Notes: generated by a model from the letters alone, not told the origin. 64,000 bases of DNA from an uncultured Coriobacteriia bacterium (GCA_959608885.1 CAUHSG010000003.1:66470-130469), one strand, 5' to 3'. Shown: positions 10,062-19,462, numbered from the stretch's first letter. Translations and numbers: made by a program.

Positions 10062-10520
10062 CTAGTGTTGTGCGGGCAGGGCGTAGTAGTTGAAGTTCAT
10101 CTGGGCAACGAGGAGCCCGTCGACATCGTAAACGGGGATGTCCAGGAAGTAGTCGCCGCGACCGCGCTCGCGGACGGGCGCGATCTTCTCCTCCGCCTCC
10201 TCTGCCGTGAGAGCAATGTCGACCTGCAGGTCCTTCGTCCCCGGCTTCACGAACTTGATGTCAACGCCTTTGAGGATGGGCACGAACTCGTCTGTGCCGT
10301 ATGTCGCCATGAAGAGGGTTCCACCGGCAATTTCCGCCAGGATAAACTCGCTTCCCGCATAGGCAATCCCAACGTGGTTCATGTGGAGGCCCTCAACAGG
10401 GAGGCGCAGCTTGACATGCCGCTCTTCCACGACCTCTGCCTGCATGTTTGCCATGTTGATGAAGGGCGTGGGGCCGTTGTTGACGTTATCGGCCAGGCCC
10501 TCGAAGAATTCCCTGTTCAT
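10062..10520 (-). CDS. Hotdog-fold protein (PaaI/DUF4442-type thioesterase-like)
   Basis: 152 aa. Size and pattern (HMNHVGIAYAGSEFILAEIAGG...VDIKFVKPG) resemble PaaI/YiiD_C hotdog proteins. Family assignment by eye only. Confidence 0.7.
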   Translation of the reverse strand: MNREFFEGLADNVNNGPTPFINMANMQAEVVEERHVKLRLPVEGLHMNHVGIAYAGSEFILAEIAGGTLFMATYGTDEFVPILKGVDIKFVKPGTKDLQVDIALTAEEAEEKIAPVRERGRGDYFLDIPVYDVDGLLVAQMNFNYYALPAQH

Positions 10521-10542
10521 GTGATTGCCTCTCTCTCGGGGT

Positions 10543-11472
10543 CTACTTGAGCAGCTCTACAAGTTGGGGAACGACCTCGTACAGGTCGCCCACGATGCCG
10601 TAGTCGGCGTATCTGAAGACGGGTGCGTTCTTGTCCTTGTTGATTGCGATTATGGTTCTTGCGCCCGTGACGCCAACCATATGCTGGACTTGACCGGAGA
10701 CGCCCAACGCGATGAACAGCTCCGGCTTGAGCATGGCGCCGGAAACGCCGATGTAGCGCTCCCTGGACATCCAGCCTTCGCCTTCGGCGATTGGACGGGT
10801 GCAGCCAAGTTCGGCATTGACGGCAACGGCAAGTTCGCGCGCCAATTGGAGGTCCTCCTCGCGCGCAAGGCCTCGGCCCACGCTGACCACGTTGCGGGCA
10901 GCGCTGAGGTTCACCTGCTCGACCTCTCGATGGCTCCTGTCGACGAGCGCAATGCCAGGCGCCCGAGATGGGGCCAGCTCGACGATGGGCGCGTTTTCGC
11001 CCGGCTCCCGGACATCTTGCGTGGCGAGCAGGCCGGTGCTCACCAGGATGATCGCGCAGCCGTCCGCCACCTGCTCGGTGCGGTACGCGTTGCCGCCATA
11101 CACCATGTGCTCCGCGCAGGGGGAGCCGCCTTCGTCGATTGTCACGCTTGTTGCGTCATTCACGACGCGCGTGCCGGCAGCGGCGGCCAGCTGGGCAGCC
11201 AGCAGGCGGGTGCGCTTGCTCGTTGCCGCGAGCACCGCATCGGGGGCGCTCTCCTTAAAGGCTGCCAGGATGGCAGCGCTGCCGTCCTCGTACAGGGTGC
11301 CTTCCGGAGTGTCGGCCCAGAGCACCTGTTCGACGTTACTGGCGGACACCGCATCGGCTCCCTCGCGGTTTCCAATCCACACGGCTTGAGCACTTGCGCT
11401 CAAGCCGTTGGCAAGAGCCGCAAGGGCCGGGTAGTCGCTCGAGTTCTCCGAAACGATCCAGATCTTATCCAT
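10543..11472 (-). CDS. etfA: Electron transfer flavoprotein alpha subunit (EtfA/FixB)
   Basis: 309 aa. C-terminal FAD-binding signature ...YIGVSGAMLKPELFIALGVSGQVQHMVG...IIAINKDKNAPVF. Confidence 0.9.
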   Translation of the reverse strand: MDKIWIVSENSSDYPALAALANGLSASAQAVWIGNREGADAVSASNVEQVLWADTPEGTLYEDGSAAILAAFKESAPDAVLAATSKRTRLLAAQLAAAAGTRVVNDATSVTIDEGGSPCAEHMVYGGNAYRTEQVADGCAIILVSTGLLATQDVREPGENAPIVELAPSRAPGIALVDRSHREVEQVNLSAARNVVSVGRGLAREEDLQLARELAVAVNAELGCTRPIAEGEGWMSRERYIGVSGAMLKPELFIALGVSGQVQHMVGVTGARTIIAINKDKNAPVFRYADYGIVGDLYEVVPQLVELLK

Positions 11473-11489
11473 GTTCTCTACCCTTCGTC

Positions 11490-12251
11490 CTATTGCGCGG
11501 CACGTATGGCCGCGACGAGCTCTTGGATGCTTTCCGGGCTGGCGTCTGGGAATATGACGTTCTTGCGTTCCGTATCCTGTGGGGCCAGGGTCTTCTGGGG
11601 TTTCACGGATGCCGCCGGTAAACCGCCGACGCCGGCCAGATCCCTCTTCTCCACGGGCTTCTTTCCGGCACTCAGGATATCCTTCATCTTGGGAACCCTC
11701 GGAAGGTTGATGTCCGTCGTCACGGAAATCACGGCCGGCGTGGTCAGTTCGAGAGTCTCGACGTCCTGTTCCAGGGTGCGCTTGACGGTGACGCTGCTTT
11801 CGCCGGGCGTCACCTCGCTCACCGCGTTCATGGTGGGCAAGCCAAGCAGGGCTCCGACGAGGGAACCCGTCTGCTGCGCGTATAGGTCAGAGGAGCCTTC
11901 TCCGAAGACGACCAGGTCGAACTCGAGATCCCTCAACACGCTTGCGATGACGGAGGCGGTCTGGAACGGGTCGGCATCCGAGAGCCCGTCATCGACGACG
12001 CATACGAGGTCTTCCGCGCCTCGCGACAACGCGCCCTTCACGAGCTTCGAATCCTCGAGCTTGGAGTCGCCGACGCTCAGCAACGTGCAGGCGCCCCCCG
12101 TTTGCTCCGCGAGCCGGACAGCCTCCTCGATGGCGACGAGGTCGTACTCACCTAGTACGTTCTGGGCTCGGTCGAAGCTTATGCTGCGATCCGGCAAGAC
12201 GCTGATGTCCTGGTTGTCTGGACTGACCTTGTAGCAGGCGATAGTCTTCAT
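11490..12251 (-). CDS. etfB: Electron transfer flavoprotein beta subunit (EtfB/FixA)
   Basis: 253 aa. MKTIACYKVSPD... with the typical EtfB layout. AGGAGGG RBS. Starts 9 nt after the upstream dehydrogenase stop. Confidence 0.9.
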   Translation of the reverse strand: MKTIACYKVSPDNQDISVLPDRSISFDRAQNVLGEYDLVAIEEAVRLAEQTGGACTLLSVGDSKLEDSKLVKGALSRGAEDLVCVVDDGLSDADPFQTASVIASVLRDLEFDLVVFGEGSSDLYAQQTGSLVGALLGLPTMNAVSEVTPGESSVTVKRTLEQDVETLELTTPAVISVTTDINLPRVPKMKDILSAGKKPVEKRDLAGVGGLPAASVKPQKTLAPQDTERKNVIFPDASPESIQELVAAIRAAQ

Positions 12252-12260
12252 CGTGCCCTC

Positions 12261-13421
12261 CTAACGGCTGAGCTGCTGCTGTGCCTCTTTGATGAGCGCG
12301 CGGCCAGCCGTGTGGACCATGATTTCCTCCGTGCCGGCCATGATGCGATAGACGCGTTGGTCTCGCCATAGGCGCGCGATACGACAGTCGTTCGTGTAGC
12401 CTATGCCGCCCATGACCTGCATTGCATCGTCAATGACCTCGAAAGCGGCGTGCCCCGTGTAGCGCTTGAGGAGGGAGGAGTCGATGGAGATCGATTCCCC
12501 GTTATCCTTTTTCCAGGCGGCCTTGTAGAGCATGTTCTGCATGTTCTCGATCTTGATCTTCATGTCGACCAGCTTCTCCTGGATGAGCTGGAACGACCCG
12601 ATTGGCCGCCCGAACTGCTCCCTTTGGCCGGCGTAGCGCAGGGCCTCCTCGTAGGCGCAGCGGGCCATGCCCACGTTTGCCGCGCAGATGGTGAGTCGTT
12701 CGACCTCGAAGTTCTTCATGAGCTGGTAGAAGCCCTTGCACTCCTCGCCCACAAGGTCGCTCTCGTCGCATTCGACGTCTTGCAGATACACCTCGTACGT
12801 GCCGCACATGTTGTTGCCGATCTTGCTTAGCTTCGAGGTCGTGATGCCGGGCCTGTCCATGGGAAACAGATACATGCTGAAGTCCTTGTAGGGACTTTCG
12901 TTAATGCCGCTACGGGCGACGCAGAGCATGTACGGTGCCTTGTCGGCGCTCGTGTTGAACGTCTTGGTGCCGTTGATGTACACCTTGCCATCGCGCTTGG
13001 TGGCGGTCGTTGCCATGGCGGCGCTGTCGGAGCCAGCCTGGGGTTCGGTAAATCCCAGCGTAAACGGCTTCTTGCCCTGCACGGCGTACTCGAGGACCGC
13101 TTTCTGCTGCTCGGGGTTGCCAAACGTCAGAATGTCATCGACCTCGGTGGAGAAGTTGATCCAGCAAAGCGAGGGATAACCGAGCGCATGGGCCTCCTCC
13201 GCCACCATGACCTGGGTGAGAATGTCGACGGGCGTTCCGTCATACTCCTCGGGAATGCCAAGGGAAGCGAAGCCGGCCTCGACCAAAGCATCAGCGGCCT
13301 TCTGGGGGAATACGTGTTTCTCATCGCATTCCTTGAAGTAGTCCTCGAAGTCCCCGCGCTCCATGACCGTACGAAGGCTTTCCAGCAAGAGCTCCTGTTC
13401 CTCTGTCCGCTTGAAGTCCAT
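12261..13421 (-). CDS. Acyl-CoA dehydrogenase family protein, CaiA-like (candidate enoyl-CoA reductase)
   Basis: 386 aa. From memory it aligns with E. coli CaiA end to end (MDFKRTEEQELL.., FQLIQEKLVDMKIKIENMQNMLYKAAWKKDNG versus [32 protein letters not shown]). First gene of the operon. Confidence 0.9.
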   Translation of the reverse strand: MDFKRTEEQELLLESLRTVMERGDFEDYFKECDEKHVFPQKAADALVEAGFASLGIPEEYDGTPVDILTQVMVAEEAHALGYPSLCWINFSTEVDDILTFGNPEQQKAVLEYAVQGKKPFTLGFTEPQAGSDSAAMATTATKRDGKVYINGTKTFNTSADKAPYMLCVARSGINESPYKDFSMYLFPMDRPGITTSKLSKIGNNMCGTYEVYLQDVECDESDLVGEECKGFYQLMKNFEVERLTICAANVGMARCAYEEALRYAGQREQFGRPIGSFQLIQEKLVDMKIKIENMQNMLYKAAWKKDNGESISIDSSLLKRYTGHAAFEVIDDAMQVMGGIGYTNDCRIARLWRDQRVYRIMAGTEEIMVHTAGRALIKEAQQQLSR

Positions 13422-13667
13422 GAGTTAGCACCCTTCCTCTGTAGGCTCTCCCAAAATAAAATTGAGGCGGCAGTCTGGCGGCAGAATTGCTATCCTCCTA
13501 TTGGAGGCAAGAGTCCGCTGCCTCTGCAGCGCATTATATGGACGGGCGGTTTCATTGCCCAAATACGTATATGTGCTGGGCAGTTGTCTGATTTGTTTTC
13601 GAGCCTATACGCCGAGCGGCTGATGGCTTTCACAATCTGCATACTTGTCGCGAAGGGGATTGGGAAG
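13422..13667. promoter_or_regulatory. Divergent promoter/operator region between the cai/fix-like operon and its LysR neighbour
   Basis: 246-nt, comparatively A+T-rich gap between divergent starts. Contains the small palindrome ATACGTAT (13563-13570). No promoter elements confidently assigned. Confidence 0.4.
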
Positions 13668-14630
13668 ATGGACATCGACATATACCGGGAGTTCATCGTG
13701 CTGACGACTCACAAGAGCTTCGTCGCCGCCGCAAATGAGCTGAACATGTCCCAGCCCTCGTTAAGCCGGCACATGAGCTCCTTGCAAAATGAGCTCGGCT
13801 GCAGGCTCTTCTATGACACCCGGCCCTTGAGTCTGACGGCTGCGGGAGAGGTGGTCCTCAAGTACGCGGGCAAGATCGTCGGTGACCAGGCAAACATGAT
13901 GAACGACCTGCAAGAGCTGTCCGCCTCTGACAGCAGCCGAATCACCATCACGGACATGCTGCATACGAATAACCTGTATTACGGAATCAACGAGGCCATA
14001 GCGCAGGCAAAGGGCAAGTTCGGCGGCCTTCGCGTGGACTACATAGACATGAACAGCAGCGGAATGAATCCGTTTCAGATGGTGGAGAAGGGGAAGGTCG
14101 ACATCTCCTTCGAGACAACGATCACGATGGACACCGCACCGGAGCTCGAGGTTCCAGACGGCTTGCGCTCCGTGCTGATTCCGGAATTCCACGGGGAGCT
14201 CGTGATTGGCGTTGACAAGACATCGCCCCTCTCGGGCAGGCAGGACCTGTGCCTGACGGATTTGAAGCGGGCGCGTTTCGTCATGCAGGCAAACCGATAC
14301 AACGAGCGTTTCAGGGAGGACTTCATCGAGCTCTGCCGTCTTGAGGGCTTTTATCCGAACATCACCCTGGTGCCGGCAGACAATCCGCTGAGCTTCTATG
14401 CCAGCAGCGTGGGGGACGGCATTCACCTGCTTACCCGCGTCAGCATGAAGCAATACAAGCCCTTCATGGCGGATCTCATCAAGCAGATGCTGAACATCGT
14501 GCCCTTTGCGGACAAGAAGCGGTATGTGAATGCCTACGCTGTCATGCAGGACGACATAAGCCGGCCCGAGATGGAATTCGTTGCGGCATGCCTCGAGGAG
14601 CACGCCGCGGCTCACATAACCGAGCTCTAG
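13668..14630 (+). CDS. LysR-family transcriptional regulator
   Basis: ORF 13188..14630 trimmed to ATG 13668 (MDIDIYREFIVLTTHKSFVAAANELNMSQPSLSRHMSSLQNELG), so the HTH sits at the N-terminus as in LysR proteins. Confidence 0.85.
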   Translation: MDIDIYREFIVLTTHKSFVAAANELNMSQPSLSRHMSSLQNELGCRLFYDTRPLSLTAAGEVVLKYAGKIVGDQANMMNDLQELSASDSSRITITDMLHTNNLYYGINEAIAQAKGKFGGLRVDYIDMNSSGMNPFQMVEKGKVDISFETTITMDTAPELEVPDGLRSVLIPEFHGELVIGVDKTSPLSGRQDLCLTDLKRARFVMQANRYNERFREDFIELCRLEGFYPNITLVPADNPLSFYASSVGDGIHLLTRVSMKQYKPFMADLIKQMLNIVPFADKKRYVNAYAVMQDDISRPEMEFVAACLEEHAAAHITEL

Positions 14631-14792
14631 AACGAATTTCTCTATTCCCTTTCGCGAATAAAGCGCTATACTCGGCTCACGCCATGATCTGCCCGAAGGT
14701 CGTCGTGCAGCGGCCCAGGGAACACCCATTGGTTGCACCGGATGCATCGAGGTGGCGCACGATGCATCGCCTCTCACAAAGGAGTGTGCAAC

Positions 14793-15224
14793 ATGGGCAC
14801 CGTCAAAGCCGTTTGCACTAGTGCCGTCAAGGGCATCCAGAAATCCGAACAACAGCATGTCGACCTCATTCCCGACTGGGGGATTGAGGATGATGCCCAT
14901 GCTGGTCCATGGCATCGCCAGGTGAGCCTTCTCGGCTACGAGCGTATCGAAGCTTTCAAGAGGCTCGGCGCCGATGTGGAGAACGGTTCGTTTGGCGAGA
15001 ACATCATCGTCGAGGGTTTCGACCTCAAGACGCTTCCCATTGGTACGCGCTTTGTCGTGGGCGATGCGGTGCTGGAGCTCACGCAGGTCGGCAAGCAGTG
15101 TCACAAGCACTGCGCGATTTATCACAAGATGGGGGATTGCATCATGCCCCGCGAGGGCGTGTTCTGCAAGGTGATCAAAGGCGGCCGCGTCTGTGCGGGC
15201 GACATTTTCGATATCATCGGCTGA
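14793..15224 (+). CDS. MOSC domain-containing protein
   Basis: ORF trimmed to ATG 14793 behind AAAGGAG (14778-14784). 143 aa with a MOSC-like core (GENIIVEGFDL...GTRFVVGDAVLELTQVGKQCHKHC). Confidence 0.8.
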   Translation: MGTVKAVCTSAVKGIQKSEQQHVDLIPDWGIEDDAHAGPWHRQVSLLGYERIEAFKRLGADVENGSFGENIIVEGFDLKTLPIGTRFVVGDAVLELTQVGKQCHKHCAIYHKMGDCIMPREGVFCKVIKGGRVCAGDIFDIIG

Positions 15225-15257
15225 GAAGAGAGAAAGGCAACATCTTTTGAGCGTTTT

Positions 15258-15311
15258 TTGCGATTGTGTGAAGATTACCGGCAAACCACCTTCACATAAT
15301 CGCAATTTTTT
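15258..15311 (+). terminator. Hairpin + T-run downstream of the MOSC gene
   Basis: TTGCGATTGTGTGAAG (15258-15273) pairs with CTTCACATAATCGCAA (15290-15305, one mismatch), followed by TTTTTT (15306-15311). Confidence 0.55.
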
Positions 15312-15462
15312 GACATAAGCCGCCAATCAATCTCACACAATCGAAAAAATGTTGCAAGCGAACGGTTCTCGGGGCGAGTTTTGGGTGTGGTCTGCAGGAT
15401 CGCGTTTGGTACTAGAATGCACGTATAGATAACGGCAATCATGAATAGGGGAGGAACATCCC

Positions 15463-16398
15463 ATGCACATACACAAGAACGTTTTCGAGCTCATCGGCAA
15501 CACGCCGCTTGTCGAGCTGACGAATTACGAGAACAATCACGGCCTGGGCGCCAGGCTCATCGGCAAGGTCGAGTACTTCGAGCCGGCCGGATCGATCAAG
15601 GATCGCATCGCGAAAGCCATGATCGACGAGGCCGAGGCAAACGGTCTGCTCGATGCCGATACAGTCATCATCGAGCCAACGAGTGGCAATACCGGCATCG
15701 GCCTTGCTGCCATCGCCGCCGCACGAGGCAATCGCATCATCATCGTGATGCCCGACACCATGTCCGTCGAGCGCCGCAAGCTCATGCGCGTCTATGGTGC
15801 CGAGCTCGTGCTTACGCCTGGCGCAGATGGCATGAAGGGCGCAATCGCAAAGGCGGAGGAGCTTGCGAACGAATATCCCAATTCGCTCATCCCGTCTCAG
15901 TTCACCAACCCGGCCAACCCGGCGATTCACTATCGCACGACGGGGCCCGAGATCTGGCGAGGCACTGATGGAGAGGTCGACATCCTGGTTGCTGGCGTCG
16001 GTACCGGTGGCACGATCAGCGGCGCGGGCGCATACTTGAAGGAGCAGAACCCGAGCGTGCGGGTCGTTGCCGTGGAGCCGGCGGACTCGCCCGTGCTTTC
16101 CGAGGGCAGAAGCGGAGCGCACGGCATCCAGGGCATCGGCGCCGGCTTCGTACCCGAGACGCTCGATACAGACGTCTACGATGAGGTCATCACCATCACG
16201 AACGAAGAGGCCTTCGAGACAGGTCGCGAACTTGCCGCGCATGACGGTCTGCTCGTCGGCATTTCGTCCGGTGCGGCTGCTGCCGCTGCCGCAAAGCTCG
16301 CGCAGCGCCCCGAGAACGCCGGCAAGAACATCGTGGTGATCCTGCCCGACACCGGCGAGCGTTATCTCAGCTCCGCCATGCTCGACTTCGCGGAATAA
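15463..16398 (+). CDS. cysK: Cysteine synthase A (O-acetylserine sulfhydrylase)
   Basis: 311 aa. PLP-lysine region [32 protein letters not shown] motifs. GGGGAGG RBS. Confidence 0.92.
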   Translation: MHIHKNVFELIGNTPLVELTNYENNHGLGARLIGKVEYFEPAGSIKDRIAKAMIDEAEANGLLDADTVIIEPTSGNTGIGLAAIAAARGNRIIIVMPDTMSVERRKLMRVYGAELVLTPGADGMKGAIAKAEELANEYPNSLIPSQFTNPANPAIHYRTTGPEIWRGTDGEVDILVAGVGTGGTISGAGAYLKEQNPSVRVVAVEPADSPVLSEGRSGAHGIQGIGAGFVPETLDTDVYDEVITITNEEAFETGRELAAHDGLLVGISSGAAAAAAAKLAQRPENAGKNIVVILPDTGERYLSSAMLDFAE

Positions 16399-16478
16399 AT
16401 ATCGTCAGCAGTGGGACAAATGACCTGTCCATTTGTCTCATGCGATAGCGTCTATAATGGCGTCCGAAAATCTCTGAG

Positions 16479-17696
16479 ATGGAGGGCGTCGTGCGCTTGC
16501 GATACCGATTGATGCAGCTGTTGCGCAGGCACTGGATGCTTGGCGCTGCGGCGTTTGTTGCTCTCGTCTCCATGCTCTTCGTGCCGCCTGACGGGGCGTA
16601 TCTCGGCTATTTTGACTGGAAGACCATCGGTTGTCTGTTCTGCGTGCTGGCAGTCGCGAGTGCAATGCGAAGCGCGGGCGTCTTCGACTGGGTTGCCCGC
16701 GCCGCCATCGCGCGCTTCGGAAGTCCGCGCAAATTGACAATGACGCTCGTACTCGTCACGGCTGTGTTTTCGATGGCGTTTACCAATGACGTTGCGCTTG
16801 TCATCATGCTGCCGCTCTCGGTGGCTGCTCTTGTCGAGTCTGGCCAACCTCGGCTCGTGCCCGCCGTCTTCGCGCTGCAGGCGCTTGCGGCGAACCTCTG
16901 CGGCATGGTGACGCCGTTTGGAAATCCCCAAAACATCTACCTCTACTCCTACTTTCACATCGAGCTGGGCGAATTTCTCACAACGATGGCCCTGCCGTTT
17001 GTCCTGTCCGTTGTGGGTATCGTCTTCGCGACTTGGTTCATGACGAAGCGTGGCACCGTCGAAAGCGACAGCGTCTCGATGCAGCCGCAACAGGGCGCGC
17101 CAGACGAGGATGTCATGGCCCCTGCGATCTCGGCCGCGATGCTCGACCGTCGACGCCTCGTAGTCTACGTGCCGCTTTTTGCCATCGCGCTCCTCTCGGT
17201 CTTTCGCGTGGTTCCCTTCGGCATCGTCGTCATCATCGTTATCGTGGCGCTTCTCATCCTCGATCGCGATGCGCTGCTCAAGGTCGACTATCCGTTGCTC
17301 GCCACGTTCCTCTGCTTTTTCGTCTTCGCGGGGAACATGGCGCGCATTCCGGTGCTGGAGGAGGCGCTCCAGCCGCTCATGGGACAGTGGGGCTTGCTCA
17401 CTTCCGCTTTGACCAGCCAGGTCATAAGCAACGTGCCCGCCGCAGTGCTGCTCTCGCACTTTACCGACGCGTGGCAACCGTTGCTCATCGGCGTGAACAT
17501 CGGGGGAGCGGGTACCTTCGTGGGATCGCTCGCGAGTCTCATCGCGATTCGCCACTTCGCCATCGCGCGTACGATGATCCCGCGCCTGCGTGAGTCGGAT
17601 GCGCCGGATACGGCGTCCTTCCTCCGCCTCTTCGGCACTGTGAACGGCGCGTTCTTCATCACGCTGCTCATCATCTGCCAGCTGACGCTGGGTTGA
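16479..17696 (+). CDS. Anion permease of the ArsB/NhaD (SLC13/CitMHS-like) superfamily
   Basis: 405-aa polytopic ORF. FGNPQNIYLY and NIGGAGTFVGSLASL motifs resemble ArsB/NhaD-type permeases. Subfamily not resolved. Confidence 0.75.
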   Translation: MEGVVRLRYRLMQLLRRHWMLGAAAFVALVSMLFVPPDGAYLGYFDWKTIGCLFCVLAVASAMRSAGVFDWVARAAIARFGSPRKLTMTLVLVTAVFSMAFTNDVALVIMLPLSVAALVESGQPRLVPAVFALQALAANLCGMVTPFGNPQNIYLYSYFHIELGEFLTTMALPFVLSVVGIVFATWFMTKRGTVESDSVSMQPQQGAPDEDVMAPAISAAMLDRRRLVVYVPLFAIALLSVFRVVPFGIVVIIVIVALLILDRDALLKVDYPLLATFLCFFVFAGNMARIPVLEEALQPLMGQWGLLTSALTSQVISNVPAAVLLSHFTDAWQPLLIGVNIGGAGTFVGSLASLIAIRHFAIARTMIPRLRESDAPDTASFLRLFGTVNGAFFITLLIICQLTLG

Positions 17697-17810
17697 CGAA
17701 GGGGATTTATCTGTTTCGCTTGAGTTGACGTTTTGATGCTCTTTCGCACAAAGCGGCAAAAGACCAATACAATAGGGCGCATCAATACACCGCGCGAAAG
17801 GAATCATGGG

Positions 17811-19154
17811 ATGATCGAGCGCTACACGCTGCCCGAGATGGGCCACATCTGGTCTCTCGAGAACAAGTTCGACGTTTGGAAGGAGATCGAGGTCCTCGCC
17901 TGCGAAGCGCAGGCCGAGCTGGGGCAGTGCGGCATCACCGCTGAGGAGGCCGCGTGGATTCGCGCGCATGCCGATTTCACCGTGGATGAGATCGACGAGA
18001 TCGAGAAGGTCACCAACCATGACGTTATCGCCTTCACGACCGTCATGGCGAACTACATCGATGCTGACGTTCCCGAGGGCGAGTCCAAGCCAAGCCGCTG
18101 GGTGCATTACGGAATGACAAGCTCCGACCTCGGGGATACCGCACTGAGCTACCAGGTCACGCAAGCCCTCGATATCATCATCGCCGATGTGAAGCGCTTG
18201 GGCGAGACCTGTAAGCGTCGTGCGTTCGAGTTCGAGGATGCCATCTGCGTGGGCCGCACGCACGGCATCCACGCCGAGCCCATGACCTTCGGCATGAAGT
18301 TCGGCAGCTGGGCCTGGGCCCTCAAGCGCGCCGAGACGCGCCTACAGCAGGCGCGCGAGGTCGCCGCCACCGGAGCCATCAGCGGCGCGGTTGGCACCTA
18401 CTCCAACATTGATCCCTTCGTCGAGCAGTACGTCTGCAAGAAGCTCGGTCTCACGCCCGATCCGCTTTCCACGCAGGTCATCGCACGTGACCGGCATGCG
18501 CAGGTCATGTCGGCGCTCGCGGTGACCGCCTCCACAATCGAGTCCATCGCCATGCAGGTGCGCCTGCTCCAGCAGTCCGACGTCATCGAGGCCGAGGAGC
18601 CCTTCACCAAGGGTCAGAAGGGCTCGAGCGCGATGCCCCACAAGCGCAATCCCATCACCGCCGAGCGCATGTGCGGTCTTGCACGCGTCGTCAAGGCAAA
18701 TGCCCAGGTCGCATTTGACGACGTGGCGCTTTGGTACGAGCGTGACATCTCGCACTCCGGAGCCGAGCGCGTCGTCTTGGCCGATAGCTTCATCGCACTC
18801 GACTACATGTTCTCGAAGATGCAGTGGATGCTCGACGGCCTTAACGTCTACGTGAACAAGAGCCTGCACAACCTGTGGCGCACGCGCGGTCTCATTTTCA
18901 GCTCGAAGGTCATCCTCGCGCTCGTCGACACGGGCATGACGCGCGAAGATGCCTATGTCGTCGTCCAGCGCAACGCCATGAAGGTGTGGGATGACATCCA
19001 GCAGGCCATCGACGGTCCGAGCTTCCGCGAGAATCTCGAGGCCGATCCCGATTGTCCGCTCACGGAAGCGCAGCTCGATGCGATTTTCGACCCGACGAGC
19101 TTCCTGGGCCATAAGGACGTCATCTTCGACAAGCTCAAGGATTTGGAGTTTTAG
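17811..19154 (+). CDS. purB: Adenylosuccinate lyase
   Basis: ORF trimmed to ATG 17811 (MIERYTLPEMGHIWS...). Fumarate-lyase signature GSSAMPHKRNP. Confidence 0.92.
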   Translation: MIERYTLPEMGHIWSLENKFDVWKEIEVLACEAQAELGQCGITAEEAAWIRAHADFTVDEIDEIEKVTNHDVIAFTTVMANYIDADVPEGESKPSRWVHYGMTSSDLGDTALSYQVTQALDIIIADVKRLGETCKRRAFEFEDAICVGRTHGIHAEPMTFGMKFGSWAWALKRAETRLQQAREVAATGAISGAVGTYSNIDPFVEQYVCKKLGLTPDPLSTQVIARDRHAQVMSALAVTASTIESIAMQVRLLQQSDVIEAEEPFTKGQKGSSAMPHKRNPITAERMCGLARVVKANAQVAFDDVALWYERDISHSGAERVVLADSFIALDYMFSKMQWMLDGLNVYVNKSLHNLWRTRGLIFSSKVILALVDTGMTREDAYVVVQRNAMKVWDDIQQAIDGPSFRENLEADPDCPLTEAQLDAIFDPTSFLGHKDVIFDKLKDLEF

Positions 19155-19162
19155 GAACAGGC

Positions 19163-19462
19163 ATGGAAAACCAGACAAACGCTCTCATCGAAACGCAGGA
19201 ACCGGAGTTCCTGTACCGCACCCATGGCACGTGCTCGCGCGTCATCAAGTTCGACATCGACGACGAGAGCAAGGTGCACAACACCGAATTCATCGGCGGA
19301 TGTAACGGCAACGCCAAGGGCATTGCCTCGCTCATCGAGGGTCAGCCAGCGGATTGGGTCATCGAGCGCTGCGCGGGTACCCGTTGCGGCGGCAAGCCCA
19401 CGTCATGTCCCGACCAGCTATCACGTGCCCTCACCTGGGCGCTCGAGCAACGGCAGGCGTAG
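19163..19462 (+). CDS. TSCPD-domain small protein (TIGR03905-like)
   Basis: 99 aa. Contains GTCSRVIKFDI...FIGGCNGNAKGI...KPTSCPDQL, matching my memory of the 4-Cys TSCPD family. Confidence 0.75.
   Translation: MENQTNALIETQEPEFLYRTHGTCSRVIKFDIDDESKVHNTEFIGGCNGNAKGIASLIEGQPADWVIERCAGTRCGGKPTSCPDQLSRALTWALEQRQA

Noticed and set aside
10525-12234. 569-aa plus-strand ORF antisense to etfA/etfB
   Set aside because: The opposite strand encodes two recognisable ETF subunits with good RBSs. The antisense translation is Ser/Arg/Ala-rich with no motif.
13188-13667. 160-codon N-terminal extension of the second LysR ORF given in the track
   Set aside because: It would bury the HTH deep inside the protein and overlap the divergent caiA-like gene and its promoter. 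ATG 13668 gives a canonical LysR N-terminus.
13761-15326. 521-aa minus-strand ORF spanning the LysR and MOSC genes
   Set aside because: It crosses an intergenic region and two well-supported plus-strand genes. The composition is shadow-like.
16452-18272. 606-aa minus-strand ORF antisense to the permease and purB
   Set aside because: Extremely Arg/Asp/Glu/His-rich. It overlaps two conserved plus-strand genes. GC-shadow artefact.
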